In this document: one piece after another, positions 49,449 through 61,370 of the stretch
Numbering within the stretch: the first letter of the stretch is position 1
Layout of the letters: every line of letters begins with the position of its first letter
Assembly (NCBI GenBank): GCA_000388065.2
Contig: KB932201.1
Source of the DNA: Fonticula alba ATCC 38817
Taxonomy: Eukaryota > Protista > Nucleariida
Direction: 5' to 3' (one strand)
Length of the DNA stretch: 64,000 nt
Program-made: the position numbers and the translations under genes
The notes under the pieces: model-generated
The model's database searches: none
What the model was told of the DNA's origin: nothing
The model's input: the letters and a program-made list of their open reading frames with translations, nothing else

Positions 49449-50186
49449 CCATTTGGCCGTGTCCGGTGGGGAGACCCCCCCCCCCCCCCCCCCCCGCAAT
49501 GCCCCCCTGGCGCGGCGGCCTCCTCCCTGTCCCCCCCCCTATCCCGCGAGGCCGAGGGCGCACGTACGCCGCACAGGCGCACTCACCCACGGGGCCATAT
49601 GGCAATAGAATGGCATCCATCTTGTCGTACAAAGGGGAGATGGACAATTCAGACCACGGCAGCGGCGGCGGCGGCTGAACACCAACGCAACGCACGAGAG
49701 GGGTGGTCTAGTCTTGGATTTATTGTGAAATTTGAAAGGGCCGTCTTTTTTTGTCTCCTCGTGCCACGGAGGCGCGCACAGCACAAGTGGTGGAAATATC
49801 ATGCCAACACACACACACACACACACACACATGGCGACATGGACTTATACGCCTATGAGGAGGGAGAAGGAGGGAGGAGGACACATCTGCCAGCTGACTC
49901 GACCAGGACCCTTCGGAGATCGAGACAGCACATATGGTACATATATGCACATACACTGATACGCATGTGAAAGGCCCCATGTGTGCACTGTAACAACTAC
50001 CAGAGGGGGGGGGGGTGGCAGCATAAGTCCAAGCAGAGCAGGAGTACATGGAGGCGAGAGGGGGACTCGGCACACATGCATATTCATCATGCGCACAGGC
50101 GTGTGTGTATATGTGTGCATGTGTGTGTGTGTGTGGAGGGGCATACACACGTCCCTAGGAAGCATGCACAACACGGGCGATGGCAC

Positions 50187-52797
50187 CTAGTTCACGGGCG
50201 AGAGAACCGGGCTATCGATGTCGAAGCCCAGGGCCACCTCGCCGTCAACCCAGGAGGCCAGCTTCTTGGTGGCCGCCAGGATGAGGCCCACGAACACCGG
50301 GGAGGGCTCAAGCGGGCGCGACAGGTACTCCGGATGGAACTGAGTAGCCACGTAGAAGGGGTGGGGGAGGACGACCTCCGGGACGGAATCGCCGTCCTTC
50401 GAGGGGATGGCGGCAGCGGCAGCCACGGCATCAGAGGCCTCGGCAGGCGAGTGCCCCTCCGCGCCAGTGGCAGCCTCAGCGGCAGCGGCAGCCCGAGCGG
50501 CAAAGGCATCCGACGGGGGGATCACCGCGTCCAGGTGCGTGGCCGGCACCGAAACATGGGACAGCTCCAGGATCTCCATGCGCTTGCCCTGCTCGCACTT
50601 GGCAACGAACTTCATGCCAGCGGCCTCGATCTGGTCCACCAGCTCCGGGTTCACCTCATACCGGTGGCGGTGGCGCTCGAACACGGACTCCTGGTTGCCG
50701 TACAGGCGCCGGGCGATGGACTCCTCCTGGCTGACAACGAACTTGGACTCGCGGCGGCCAAGGCGCATTCCGCCGCCCAGCTTGGTCTTGGACACCTCGG
50801 GCATGTGGACAATGACCGGGGTCTTGGCCTCGGGACGGAACTCCTCCGAATGGGCGTCTGCGTGAGTGGTGTTCAAGCAGGCATGGGGGGGGGGGGGAAG
50901 AGGGAGAGGGGGAAGGGACATATACACGCACGAGCGCATCAGGGTCAGTGCTTGGGTGGGAACAGGAAAAGATGAAGAAAGGGGGAAAAGACGGCCATAC
51001 GCACCCTCAAGCTTCAGGACGTTGCGCACAAACTCCACAACGGCCAGCTGCATCCCCAGGCAGATGCCGAGGAAGGGGTGGCGGTTGAGACGAGCCCAGC
51101 GGGCCGCGGCGATCATGCCCTCGATGCCACGCTCACCGAAGCCGCCCGGCACCAGGATGCCATCCGAGCCGCAAACCAGCTGCCAAGCCTCGTAGTAGCG
51201 CAGCGGCTGGCGGATCTCCGTCTCCGGCTCCAGGTCCGACGACTCGACCCAGGAGATCTCCAGGCGATGACCGCCCACAGCCAGGGTCGCATGCTCCAGG
51301 GACTTGGTGATGGACATGTAGGAATCCCGGAGCTCGGTGTACTTGCCGACCAGGGCAATGCGCACGGCCGGCGAGCTCATGTCCCGGTCGAAGCGAGCGT
51401 TCAAACGCGACCAGCGATCCAGCAGCAGCGACTCGGCCGGCGGCGGGCCCAGGTTCAGACGCAGGCACAGCTGCGTCACCAGGCCCTCATTGCGCAGAGC
51501 CAGCGGCACATGGTAGATGGACCGCGAGTCGGGAACCGAAATGATCTGGTCCACGCCGACATTGCAGAACATGGAGATCTTCTCCTTGATCGAGCGCTCA
51601 ATCGGGATCTTGGAGCGGCACATGATCTGAACCGAGAGCAGGGGACCACAGAACGGAAGGAGGCGCCCAGAGGGAGGGAGGGAGGGAGAGAGAGAGAGAG
51701 AGAGGAGGGGGGGACCCGCGTCAGGAAGGTCAACACACAAAGCAGGCTCAGCCGCCACCAGCAGATGCCAAAAGGGAAGGCCACAATCGGAAGCCCGACC
51801 GTGGCATCGACGCACAAAGTCCGGCATGAGGCCCAGGCCGCGGAGATCGCGCACGCTGGCCTGCGTGGGCTTGGTCTTGAGCTCGTTCTCCGCACCGAGG
51901 GCCGGCACAAGGGACACATGCATGAAGCAGATGTTTTCGCGGCCGACACGGAACTGGAACTGGCGCATGGCCTCCACGAAGGGGGCACTCTCGATGTCGC
52001 CGACCGTGCCGCCGAGCTCGATCACACAGACGTCCGGCTCAACGCCGGACCCGTCGACGGCCACCTTAGAAACGTCCTGGATCCACTGCTGGATCTCGTC
52101 GGTGATGTGGGGAACGACTGTTTTTTTTTCACCAGCAACGAGAGGGCGGCGGAAGGTCAGTCCCATGGTGGCATGCAGAGAAGAGCCACGCCCGAGGGGA
52201 GCCCGCGGCCGGGAAAGGGGCAAAGCCCAGCGCACCCTGGACGGTCTTGCCGAGGTAGTCGCCACGGCGCTGGACATGGAAAATGTGCAAGCACACCCCA
52301 CCCGGAGAAGGAGGAGAGGCGTGGATCGACCCCGACCCCGACACACCCGCACATATATGCATGTGCGCGTAAGGACGGGCCCATACGGGGAGCACATGGG
52401 GATTAGCAAGAGAAACGCCCCTCAGGAAGCAGCAGACACACATGCGCGCAAAAACAATATGCCACGAAGAGAGCCCAAGGATCAGACGCACCTCCTTCTC
52501 GATGACCTGGTTGTACACCTTGCCGGTGGTGATGTTGTTGTTGCGGGTGGTTGTCACGCCGAGGAAACGCTCGTAGTTGCCCAGATCCAGGTCAACCTCG
52601 CCGCCATCGTCCAGCACGAACACCTCGCCATGCTCGATGGGGTTCATCAGGCCGGCGTCGATGTTCAGGTAGGGGTCCACCTTGAGGACGGTCACATGCA
52701 GGCCGAGGGAGCGCAGCAGCAGGGCCGTCGACGATGCGATGATGCCCTTGCCGATGCCGGAGATGACACCACCAGAGACGACGATGTATTTGACCAT
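50187..52797 (-). CDS. CTPS: CTP synthase
   Basis: [86 protein letters not shown]. Introns 52270-52491, 52118-52235, 51627-51815, 50858-51004. Confidence 0.97.
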
Positions 52798-53825
52798 GGT
52801 GTGTTGCCTGCGCGTGTCTGTGCATGGTCATGGAGGGGGGAGGGGGAGGTGGCCCCGAGGGGGAGAAGGAGAGGGCGGGAGAAGGAGGCGCGAGGATGGG
52901 GAAATGTCAGTGCCAGGCCAAGCGAGGAGGAGCGGCGAGGACAAATCCCCGAGCAAGCGAGGACGGGGGAGAGACAATCCCAAGGGAATGCACGAGGCAG
53001 ACGCACTGTCAAGCGGAGGGGAGGACAGGGGGGGAAGAGCTGAGATAAAGCTNNNNNNNNNNGGGGAGGACAGGGGGGGAAGAGCTGAGATAAAGCTCTT
53101 TGGGGGGGTGGGCGGGGGGGGGCACACGGGGGGTGGAGTTCTCTCCAAGCGTCCGGGAGTGGGCTGGCGGACTTCTAGGTAAAGTGCAGCTGGGGAGGGG
53201 AGCCGGGCGTCACGGTGAAGATGAGAGCAGGCCCCAGCCGGGGCACTGGCGAAGGGGGACATCCCTGAAATAGGTGCGCGCTCATGGTCGCATGCAGTAG
53301 GGCAGCGAAGGAGGGAGGCACGGCGGATGACACCCCGGAGCCGGGCCCGGGAGAGGCGAGGCCTCGGGGGACGGGGGGAACGCGCGCATGAATGTAGGCC
53401 AGGGGGGGGGGGAGGGTATGTATGTGTGCGTGCATACGCGTGTGTGCGCTCAGACGGGGACACATACACACACACACACACACGCGCGCGCGCACATGCA
53501 CGTACACAGCCGGCGCGCGAAAGCGAAAATTGCACGATGTCTGTGCGTGGGCAGGGGTGGGCAATCAGAGCAAAAAAGATGCGCAAAAAAAGGGGGACAG
53601 GGAAGGAAACCCGCCAAGCGGTGCGAGCGGGATCCGGGAACCTCGGCAATTGGGCATTTGCTCTCGGGGGGGCGGTCTTAATAGCGCTCACGATTGGCCA
53701 CCGGGGCGCCCTCACCGGCAGCAGCTGCCCTGCCGGCGCGCCGGCTGTCCGACAACATTCTGGACCCGGCCCCGGCCCCGGTGGCTTCGTCTCCTGGCGG
53801 CGCCACCCCGCCCACCGAGAATGGC

Positions 53826-53826
<1 letters not shown>

Positions 53827-53906
<80 letters not shown>
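53827..53906 (+). repeat. About 80-nt poly-C homopolymer
   Basis: Directly visible. One of many poly-C/G tracts, several of them next to N-gaps. Confidence 0.9.
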
Positions 53907-53908
<2 letters not shown>

Positions 53909-54954
53909 ACCAGGAGAAGCCGGGGTGCCCCCAAGGCCGTGCNNNNNNNNNNCGCCTTGACCAGGAGAAGCCGGGGTGCCCCCAAGGCCGTGCACTCGGC
54001 CGCACGCTACATCCTCGCACCCAGGCGCCACGAGGGCGCCGAACAATCTGCCTACCAATAGGACCATCTGTCGCTGGCCGCGGCCAGTAGCACCAACGTC
54101 ATTTCACGCGCGGGGATCTCCGGGGCTATCCCAATCCCCGGTGGTCTTGCACCAAGACAAGTGGGGACAGGGAGCGTGCGCCCGGCGGGGGCCGGGGCGT
54201 GCAGCGCGTAAAGCGGGTGGAGGCGGCGCGCCGCGTGCTCCGCCCCCCCCGGCAGCCGAGACCGCCCCCCCCCCCCCCCGGGGGGGCAAGGGCGGCGGGG
54301 CGCACATGGGCCCCGAAATAGAAAAAAAACCCTTCCTGGGCCAGCCCCACCCTGCTCCCGGGCGCGCGCGCCCATGCACGCGCAAGTCACCGGGTCCGCC
54401 TGGGCCCCTCTGGCTCGGCCCGACCTTACTCCCCCCCTACGGCCCCTATACAGAACAGGGGGGACAAGTATGCCCAAGGAAGATGGCACATTTCACAACA
54501 ATGCACCACACCCGCCGAAGGGCGTGCTTCCCGCATCATGCCCGGAGAGTGAGTCCACGCTTTCCCCTCTGCCTCCGTGCTACGGGCAAACGACGCAGCT
54601 GACCTGGCCACACTCGACTGCCTGAGTGTCCCGTCGCACCTCGGCCGCTCGGCTCGGGGCCGGCGGATCACAGACCGCCGACAAACCCGGTGAGCACGCG
54701 CGGGGCGGCCGGGTGGCAGTTATATTCTTGAATTCCAGCTCTGTGCGCTTTGAAGAACGACCCTCCAGCAGGACTCCACGCCATGCGGGGAGGGCGCTCC
54801 ATGGCCACGCGCCGGCGTCTTGCCGAGCGCGACCTGCCGCCGCACCAGCCGAGGTGCCGGAGGAAAGGCCGGAGGACCGAGGGGCGGCTGCAGAAGAACT
54901 GCCACCAGCATTGGCGTCTTGACGAAGGAATCATGCTGTTGTTTCACACCCACG

Positions 54955-55095
54955 CGCGCGCACACATACACATAACCAGACGCAAACACACACATACACA
55001 CACATACACACACATACACACACAGACAGACAGACACAAACACACACACACACAAACACACACAAACACACACAAACACACACAAACACGCACGC
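54955..55095 (+). repeat. Imperfect (CA)n/(CACATA)n microsatellite
   Basis: Directly visible, downstream of TOP3A. Confidence 0.85.
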
Positions 55096-55297
55096 GCCGG
55101 GTTCCACGACCAATACAATTGCCCCTCGGGGGAGCAGCATCCCCAGCAAGGAAGGAAGGAGGGACGCAGGGCGAGGGAGGAGAGAAGGAAGGGGGGGGGG
55201 GGGGGGCGCATGCACGCCCATCTATGTTTCTATTTACTTAGGCATCCGGAGGGGGACACCTGCCTGCACACCGGCCCGCATACCTGCCTGCTCGGAT

Positions 55298-58253
55298 CTA
55301 CGACCTCCGGAGGGGCGCGGCACGGCCGCGAGCGGCACCACCTCTGGATCCCAGGGCAGATCTTTGCGGCGGGCCTCCGCCGGCCTCAGGGCAGTTGGTG
55401 GAAAAGTGCCCAGGCTTATTGCACCGGAAGCAAATCACCCCACCTCCTGCTCCGCCCCCGCCGCCAGCAGTGTGGCCAGCCCGCGAGGGGCAACTGGAGG
55501 AGAAATGCCCCGGCTGGTGGCAATGAAAACACAGCTGCGACTGCTGGTGCTGCTGGGGACGAGACCCGGTGGGCGTGTCGGGGCCGTCGAGGCGCGTGCG
55601 TTTGCCCATCGGGGCGCTGGAATCGCGCCAGTCGGGCAGGGATCGCCGGTTGGCGCTTGGGCCATTGAAGCCTGTCCCGCCCCCGGCAACGGGTGGTCGC
55701 CACACTGGCGGGAGATTTGAGGGGGGGGCCGTGCGCTCGCCGGTGCGTGAATAGCTCGGGGCCCCAAGCATATCCTATTCATGGCATTCGCGCGTGTCAG
55801 ATGCCGGGAAGAGGAAAGAGCGAGGGGGGGGGGGGGAAGAAAAAGGGAAAACGGCAAGCAGCTGACCACCCGGAGGGGCAGTGGCACTGGAGGCAGGGGT
55901 CGCGAGAGGGCAGGCGGCACGCACGAAACTGTCACTTTGCTGATTGGGCGCCACATCCAGATGCTTCTTCACCGATAGGACCAAGGCCGTGCGGTCGGCG
56001 AACACATGGTCAAAGATCGCCCGATACAGGCGGATCTCGCGAGCAATCACATCGGCCTTGGTGTCACGTCCCTCACAAATGGCCTTCATGTCTCGCTCAG
56101 TCTGCTCGAGGTCCAGGTGTGAGGAAGGACCAGAGTGTGTACGTGTGTGTGTGTGAGAGAGAGAGTTATATTGTGGTAGAGTTGGTTTTTGTGGGATAAA
56201 TTAAAAAAGTTTGTGTAATTATTTGGCCTTTGTTTTGTGTGTTTATAGGTCTTTGGTTGGTGTTCTTTTTTCGTTGGAGGGCTATATATGTCGGGCTAGT
56301 ACAAGGGCGGGGAGGGCGGGGACGGGGGGGGAGCCCGGGGGGGGGGGGGGGGGGGGCGTACCTTCGCGCGCATGTGCGGCTTCGCGAGCAGGTACCCCAA
56401 CGAGTGGTAGGCATCAACAAGAGCCAGTCCCAGATTGCTCGGGGCCAGCTGATCGCCCGGCTTCCGGCGGATGACATACTCCCGTTGGAGGACCTTCTGG
56501 ATGTGCTCATGGATGGTGGCATCCGTGCCGATGCCATTGGCATCCATCAGGGCAATGAGCTCCGCCTCGGTCAAGTTGTTTGGCGGGGTGGTCTGGCCAC
56601 TTTCCAGGCAGAAGGTGTCCGGCTCCAGCACGGTCCCCGGCTCATAATGGCCGATGGCCCGGTCGGTCCAGGTCACATAGGGGTAATACACATCGAGCCA
56701 GTGACGCTCGCGAACTTGCAGCCCGCTGGCCGTGAAGGTCTCCTCGCCGACGGACAGAGTGACTGTCGTTTGACTGGCCACGGCATTTTGACTGACGCAA
56801 GCCAAAAACCGCCGGGTCACGAGCTCATAAACTCGGCGCTCGCGCTCGGAAAACTCCGACCCCGGCGGCCGAGTCGGATGAATGGGCGGATGCGCATGGT
56901 CATTGTTCCGGCCAGCGCGCGGCCAGGTGATCCCGCCGCCGCCATTTGGCGCCAGCAGCCAGCGCGCATAGCCACCGATGGTGGACCGGTCGCCAGCGGG
57001 ATCCGCCTGGCCCAGGCGCTCGGCCAGCCCGCGCAAGTCAAACCCCTGTTCAAATTGGTCGGTTTCCGTGCGGGGATACGAAATGTACCCCATGTTGTAA
57101 AGGCGCTCGGCCACATCCATCAGCTCCTTCGAGGGGATGCGCAAGCGCGAAGAGGCCACCTTCTGCATCTCGACCGTGGTCAATGGGAGCGGTCGCAGTC
57201 GATTGACCGGGCGCTCATTGACCGAACACACCCGGGCCTCTCGACCACCGGCGCTCTGGCCAAGGGCCCGAAAGAAGAGCGCCTCAACCAGGCCCAAATC
57301 AAATAGATGCCCGCGTCGCCAACGGAAGGCCGTGGTCACCGGAGGAGCCAGCGACTGGGATCCGGCCCCGTCGCCGGGTGCCGTATGCAGCAGGGCCATC
57401 TTCCAGAAGGGCTCCGCCACAAAGTGACTGATGCGCACTTGCCGATCCACCACAAAGCCAAGGGTCGGGAATTGACATGGCCCATAGGATACCACCCCAC
57501 TGATGGCCGTGGGGAAGCGTGACTGCAGAGTGATCGACTGGAGGCGGGTGAAGGCCGCCCCAATGCGCAAGTCCAGCTCCGTGCGGGTTTCCACCGCATC
57601 GGCCAGCCGCCGATCCAGGCTACGCAACTGCCGCATGGCCGCGTGGATATCCCGCGGGATGATGGACGAGAAGTGCGCCCGGAGAACGCGCAAAGAGGGG
57701 TTCACCCGGCGGCACACCTCGGCCACCTGCGCGCCGATGTACTCGCCCTCGCGATCGCAATCGGTCCAGATGACGAGCGCCTGCACACCGCGTGCCTCGG
57801 CCTCCAGGTTCCTGCACACCCGACGGGTTTTGTCATCATCAGATATGCGATTCTCCACCTTCAGGTAGAAGAGATCCGCCGGGTGAAAGTGTCGCCAGGA
57901 GCGCGCCTCATCCGGGAAGCTCAGTTCGGTGATATGCCCTAGCACCGAAGTCATGGTCATGTCGACCCCGGGCCGGCCCTCGAAGTCATAGACAAAGTCC
58001 ATGTTCGAGTTGAATTGGCTTGGGCCAGTGCGCTAGATCCGGGGGGGGGGGGGAGGGGGGAGGGGGGATTTCAGAGGACGCCGACTGCTGTGAGTAGCTG
58101 TACTTTCGTGGAATCTGCCGTGGGGCATAATCATCCGGAATCCCGGATCTGGAAGGCAAGGCGCACAGTCTGGTAGCCGCCTGTCGCATGGGCCAAAATG
58201 CCGGCCAGCTGTTTGGCGACCGAGGGCTTCTCCGCGACATGGAGGACCCTCAT
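55298..58253 (-). CDS. TOP3A: DNA topoisomerase III alpha-like (type IA) with two C-terminal CCHC zinc knuckles
   Basis: MRVLHVAEKPS, TSVLGH, TDCDREGE (Toprim), SYGPCQFPTLGFVV, GYISYPRTET (catalytic Tyr), GIGTDAT, then CFHCHQPGHFSSSC and CFRCNKPGHFSTNC. Introns include 58033-58166. Exact 3' end tentative. Confidence 0.92.
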
Positions 58254-59027
58254 TGTGGCCCCTTGTGTGTCGACCAGCGGGAGGCGGCAGATGCCGGGGG
58301 GTAGGTGGCGAGGAGGTCCAGCAGGTGGCGAGGGGGAGAGCGAGGGACGTGTAGGTGGAAGAGGGGCAAAAGATAGGCAGTGGAGGGAAGGGGGGGGGGA
58401 AGTAATGGACAAATCCGGGTCCACACGTCCGACACTGCCCGAAGGCTTGAATCTGCCCGGCCCCTGGGCCGGCATGGGGCCCGATCGACCAACGGCCGAT
58501 CAAGGGCACCGGAGGTGGCGCCGCGTCACATGACAACATTTTCAGACCTCGTGGGGCTCCTCGCGCCTTGTGGCCTTTCGCCCCCGCCCCCGACCCCGCC
58601 GGTCCCCGGGCGGCGAGTGTGCCTGTCTCCCAGCCCTGTGCAGGAGCGCCCACGACACCGGCGGGGGAAGGGTGCGCGCGGGGGCCACAACCGGACGTGC
58701 GGGGGATAAGCCCCATCATGGCCAGCACAGGCCCGGTATTTTTGTTTCTTTCACAGGCGCGAGGCCGGGAGGAGGACGAGGCGGGTCGAGCGGGGGGGGG
58801 GGGGGGGGGGACACGGGGGGCGTTCCGGCGGCAAGAAACCACCTCCCTTTGGGACAGAGGACCGCGCGGCGCACGCATTCCCTTGACGAGGGCGGTAGGG
58901 TGCGCGTGGGCCCGGGCCTCTCCCACGGCCCCTTGGTCAATCTGCTGTTGACATTATTGGGCCACTCATACGCCGGGAACCATCCCCCTCGCTGCATCCT
59001 CACCACCTTGCGCAGTTTCTACCCCCC
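58254..59027. promoter_or_regulatory. Probable bidirectional promoter TOP3A / NIFK
   Basis: Short interval between divergent genes; the NIFK start falls in the adjacent N-gap. Confidence 0.4.
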
Positions 59028-59162
59028 NNNNNNNNNNNNNNNNNNNNNNNNNNNNNNNNNNNNNNNNNNNNNNNNNNNNNNNNNNNNNNNNNNNNNNNNN
59101 NNNNNNNNNNNNNNNNNNNNNNNNNNNNNNNNNNNNNNNNNNNNNNNNNNNNNNNNNNNNNN

Positions 59163-61023
59163 NCCAAGGTCGCTGCTGCCGCCAAGGCGGCCGCCGCTCC
59201 CGAGCTCAAGAAGCGCAAGGCCCCCACCTCGGCTTCTGCCGCCTCGGCCGCCGCCGGCAAGGTCGCCAAGAAGCCCGCCTCGGCCGCCGCCAACAAGGTG
59301 GTCAACCGCCAGAGCGCCCCCCCGAAGGCCGCCAAGAAGTCGGCCCCTGTGAAGAAGGCCCTGGCCGCGGCCAAGGCTCTCGGCGATGCGGTCGAGTCCG
59401 AGGAGGAGGCTGATGACGCCGCCAACCCCGCCTTCATCTCCCTTGGCTCGGATGATGAGGAGCCCGCCTCCATGGGCGAGGGCTCCGACTCGGACGATGA
59501 GGACGACGAGCCGGCCCCTGCCTTCGTTGTGCGTGGAATAGCCGGCCCCATTGCTTTCTCTCACGATGCCGCCCTCCTGCCTGCATGCAACACAGCAACA
59601 ACGCGCACAAGTGCATATACCCACGACCCGGCCCCTTTCTCACTCATGCCCATCCATCCCCCTCCCCTCCCCCCTCTCTCCGCCTCCCCACCAATGGCAC
59701 CTGTCTCGCCGTTCTCTTGTGGCCCTCACGCCCGGCGTAGGATGATGACGACTCCGGTAGCGAGGCCGAGGAGGAGGCCGACGGCGCGACCGACAGCAAG
59801 ACTCGCTTCGACATGGACTTCGAGATGGGTGTCGGTGATGATGCTGAGTCGCGCGCGCGCGCCGAGAAGCTGGCCCTCCTGCGGTCGCGCATCAACGAGA
59901 TGCTGGACACTCGCGCCAAGAAGGATGGCGCCAAGGAGGGCGACGCCCAGGCCACCGGCGCCACTGTCCGCCCGGACCGCGGTGTCGTCTACCTGTCTCG
60001 CATCCCGCATGGCTTCTATGAGCCCCAGATGTTCGGCTTTTTCTCCCAGTTTGGCACTGTCACTCGCATCCGTCTGTCGCGGAATCCCCGCGTGCGTCGG
60101 CGCACCGCACTGGCGGGCTAATCCCTGCGCGGATTTCATGCTTTCCTCTTCCTTCTCCCACCTCTCGTCGCATGTCGCTCCTCCCAGCACGGAGTCTCCT
60201 TCCTCTCTTTTTCTCTCCCTCCCCCCTCTGACCCCTCATTCCACACTCCCTCTGCTTCCCCCCGGCATGCTGTCACACCCTCTTGCATTCCCCCTCCCCC
60301 CCCCCTTCCGCAGACTGGCAAGTCCCGCCACTACGCCTGGATTGAGTTCGAGGTTCCCGAGGTTGCTCGCATTGTGGCCGATTCCATGCATTTCTACCTG
60401 CTCGGTGGTCGTCTGCTCCGTGGTATGTTGCCGACCGCCGCGTGCCCTTTCCTCCTTTCCTGCGCCTCCTCCTCTCTAATGCCTTTCATAATGTCGCATG
60501 CTGCCTTCCTTCCCCTCCGCTCTCCGACTCCCTCCCCACCAGCCTTCTTCGTGGAGAAGGAGAAGCTCCACCGGAACACCTTCCGCGGCGCTGTCCGCTC
60601 GGCCGAGGCGGTCAAGCTTCGCCGTGGCGGTGCCTCCTCTCTGATCGCCCCCCGCCGCAAGGATTCCATCAACCAGCGCAAGGCCGATGCCGAGGTGGCT
60701 GTCTCGTCGGCCGAGGCCCGCCAGCGCCGTCTGGACCGCGTGGTTGAGCGCGAGAACAAGCGCCTGGCCAAGCTTGCCGCTGCCGGGGTTGACTTCACCT
60801 TCAGCGCTCTGGTACGTTCAACTAAGGGGCAGTGGCAAGGAGTAACTGCTGCATTTTGGTCCTGCCTCCTTTGCGTTTGCCCGGTGGATTACCAACACCT
60901 TGAACCCCTCCCCCTCCCCCTTGGGTCTTCCTGCATTTACACATGCGCCTGTGCATGCGCGCGCACGCTCAACAGGATACTTTCAAGACCCAGACTGCCT
61001 CGCGCACCACCTTCGACGAGTAA
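59163..61023 (+). CDS. NIFK: Nucleolar RRM protein NIFK/Nop15 (5' end hidden in assembly gap)
   Basis: RGVVYLSRIPHGFYEPQMFGFFSQFGTVTRIRLSRNPR|TGKSRHYAWIEFEVPEVARIVADSMHFYLLGGRLL. Lys/Ala-rich then acidic N-terminus. Last exon DTFKTQTASRTTFDE-stop. Confidence 0.9.
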
Positions 61024-61370
61024 ATACCGCCTGCTTTGGGCTCCGTTGGTCCCTTCCTCCTCAGGCAGGGCCACCTCTCCCCTTGGCCGGCATGCCCGGT
61101 GTGTTCCCCCTTGTCCCCTTTCTCCGATAATAGAGTTGTTGTATAGTTTCACAAGCCACTGGCAACATGGACGCCAGCGCCTGCATCGGGTGAAGATAGA
61201 GAGAGGGAGGAGGGGGATGTGTTTCTCGAGCACACATGTGTATATATATATATGTATATATTGGTGTCTCCGCACACCGCTCCAGGAGGGAGGAGGGCGA
61301 TGGAGAAAGGTGGCATTGCGCATTCATGGGCGACTCCCGTGCTCCTGGGCGCTGGTCGGTGCACGCCATT

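Noticed and set aside
53018-53096. Direct repeat (GGGGAGGACAGGGGGGGAAGAGCTGAGATAAAGCT) on both sides of a 10-N gap
   Set aside because: Typical scaffolding overlap artefact, not a biological repeat or target-site duplication.
53515-53522. E2F/SCB-like GCGCGAAA upstream of CTPS (and ACGCGAAA at 25429-25436 upstream of ARP8)
   Set aside because: A few such 8-mers are expected by chance in 64 kb of this GC content.
53907-53993. Direct repeat (GACCAGGAGAAGCCGGGGTGCCCCCAAGGCCGTGC) on both sides of a 10-N gap
   Set aside because: Same assembly-gap duplication pattern; not a CRISPR or transposon end.
54626-54922. 98-aa + strand ORF between CTPS and TOP3A
   Set aside because: No codon bias, motif or clear splice support.
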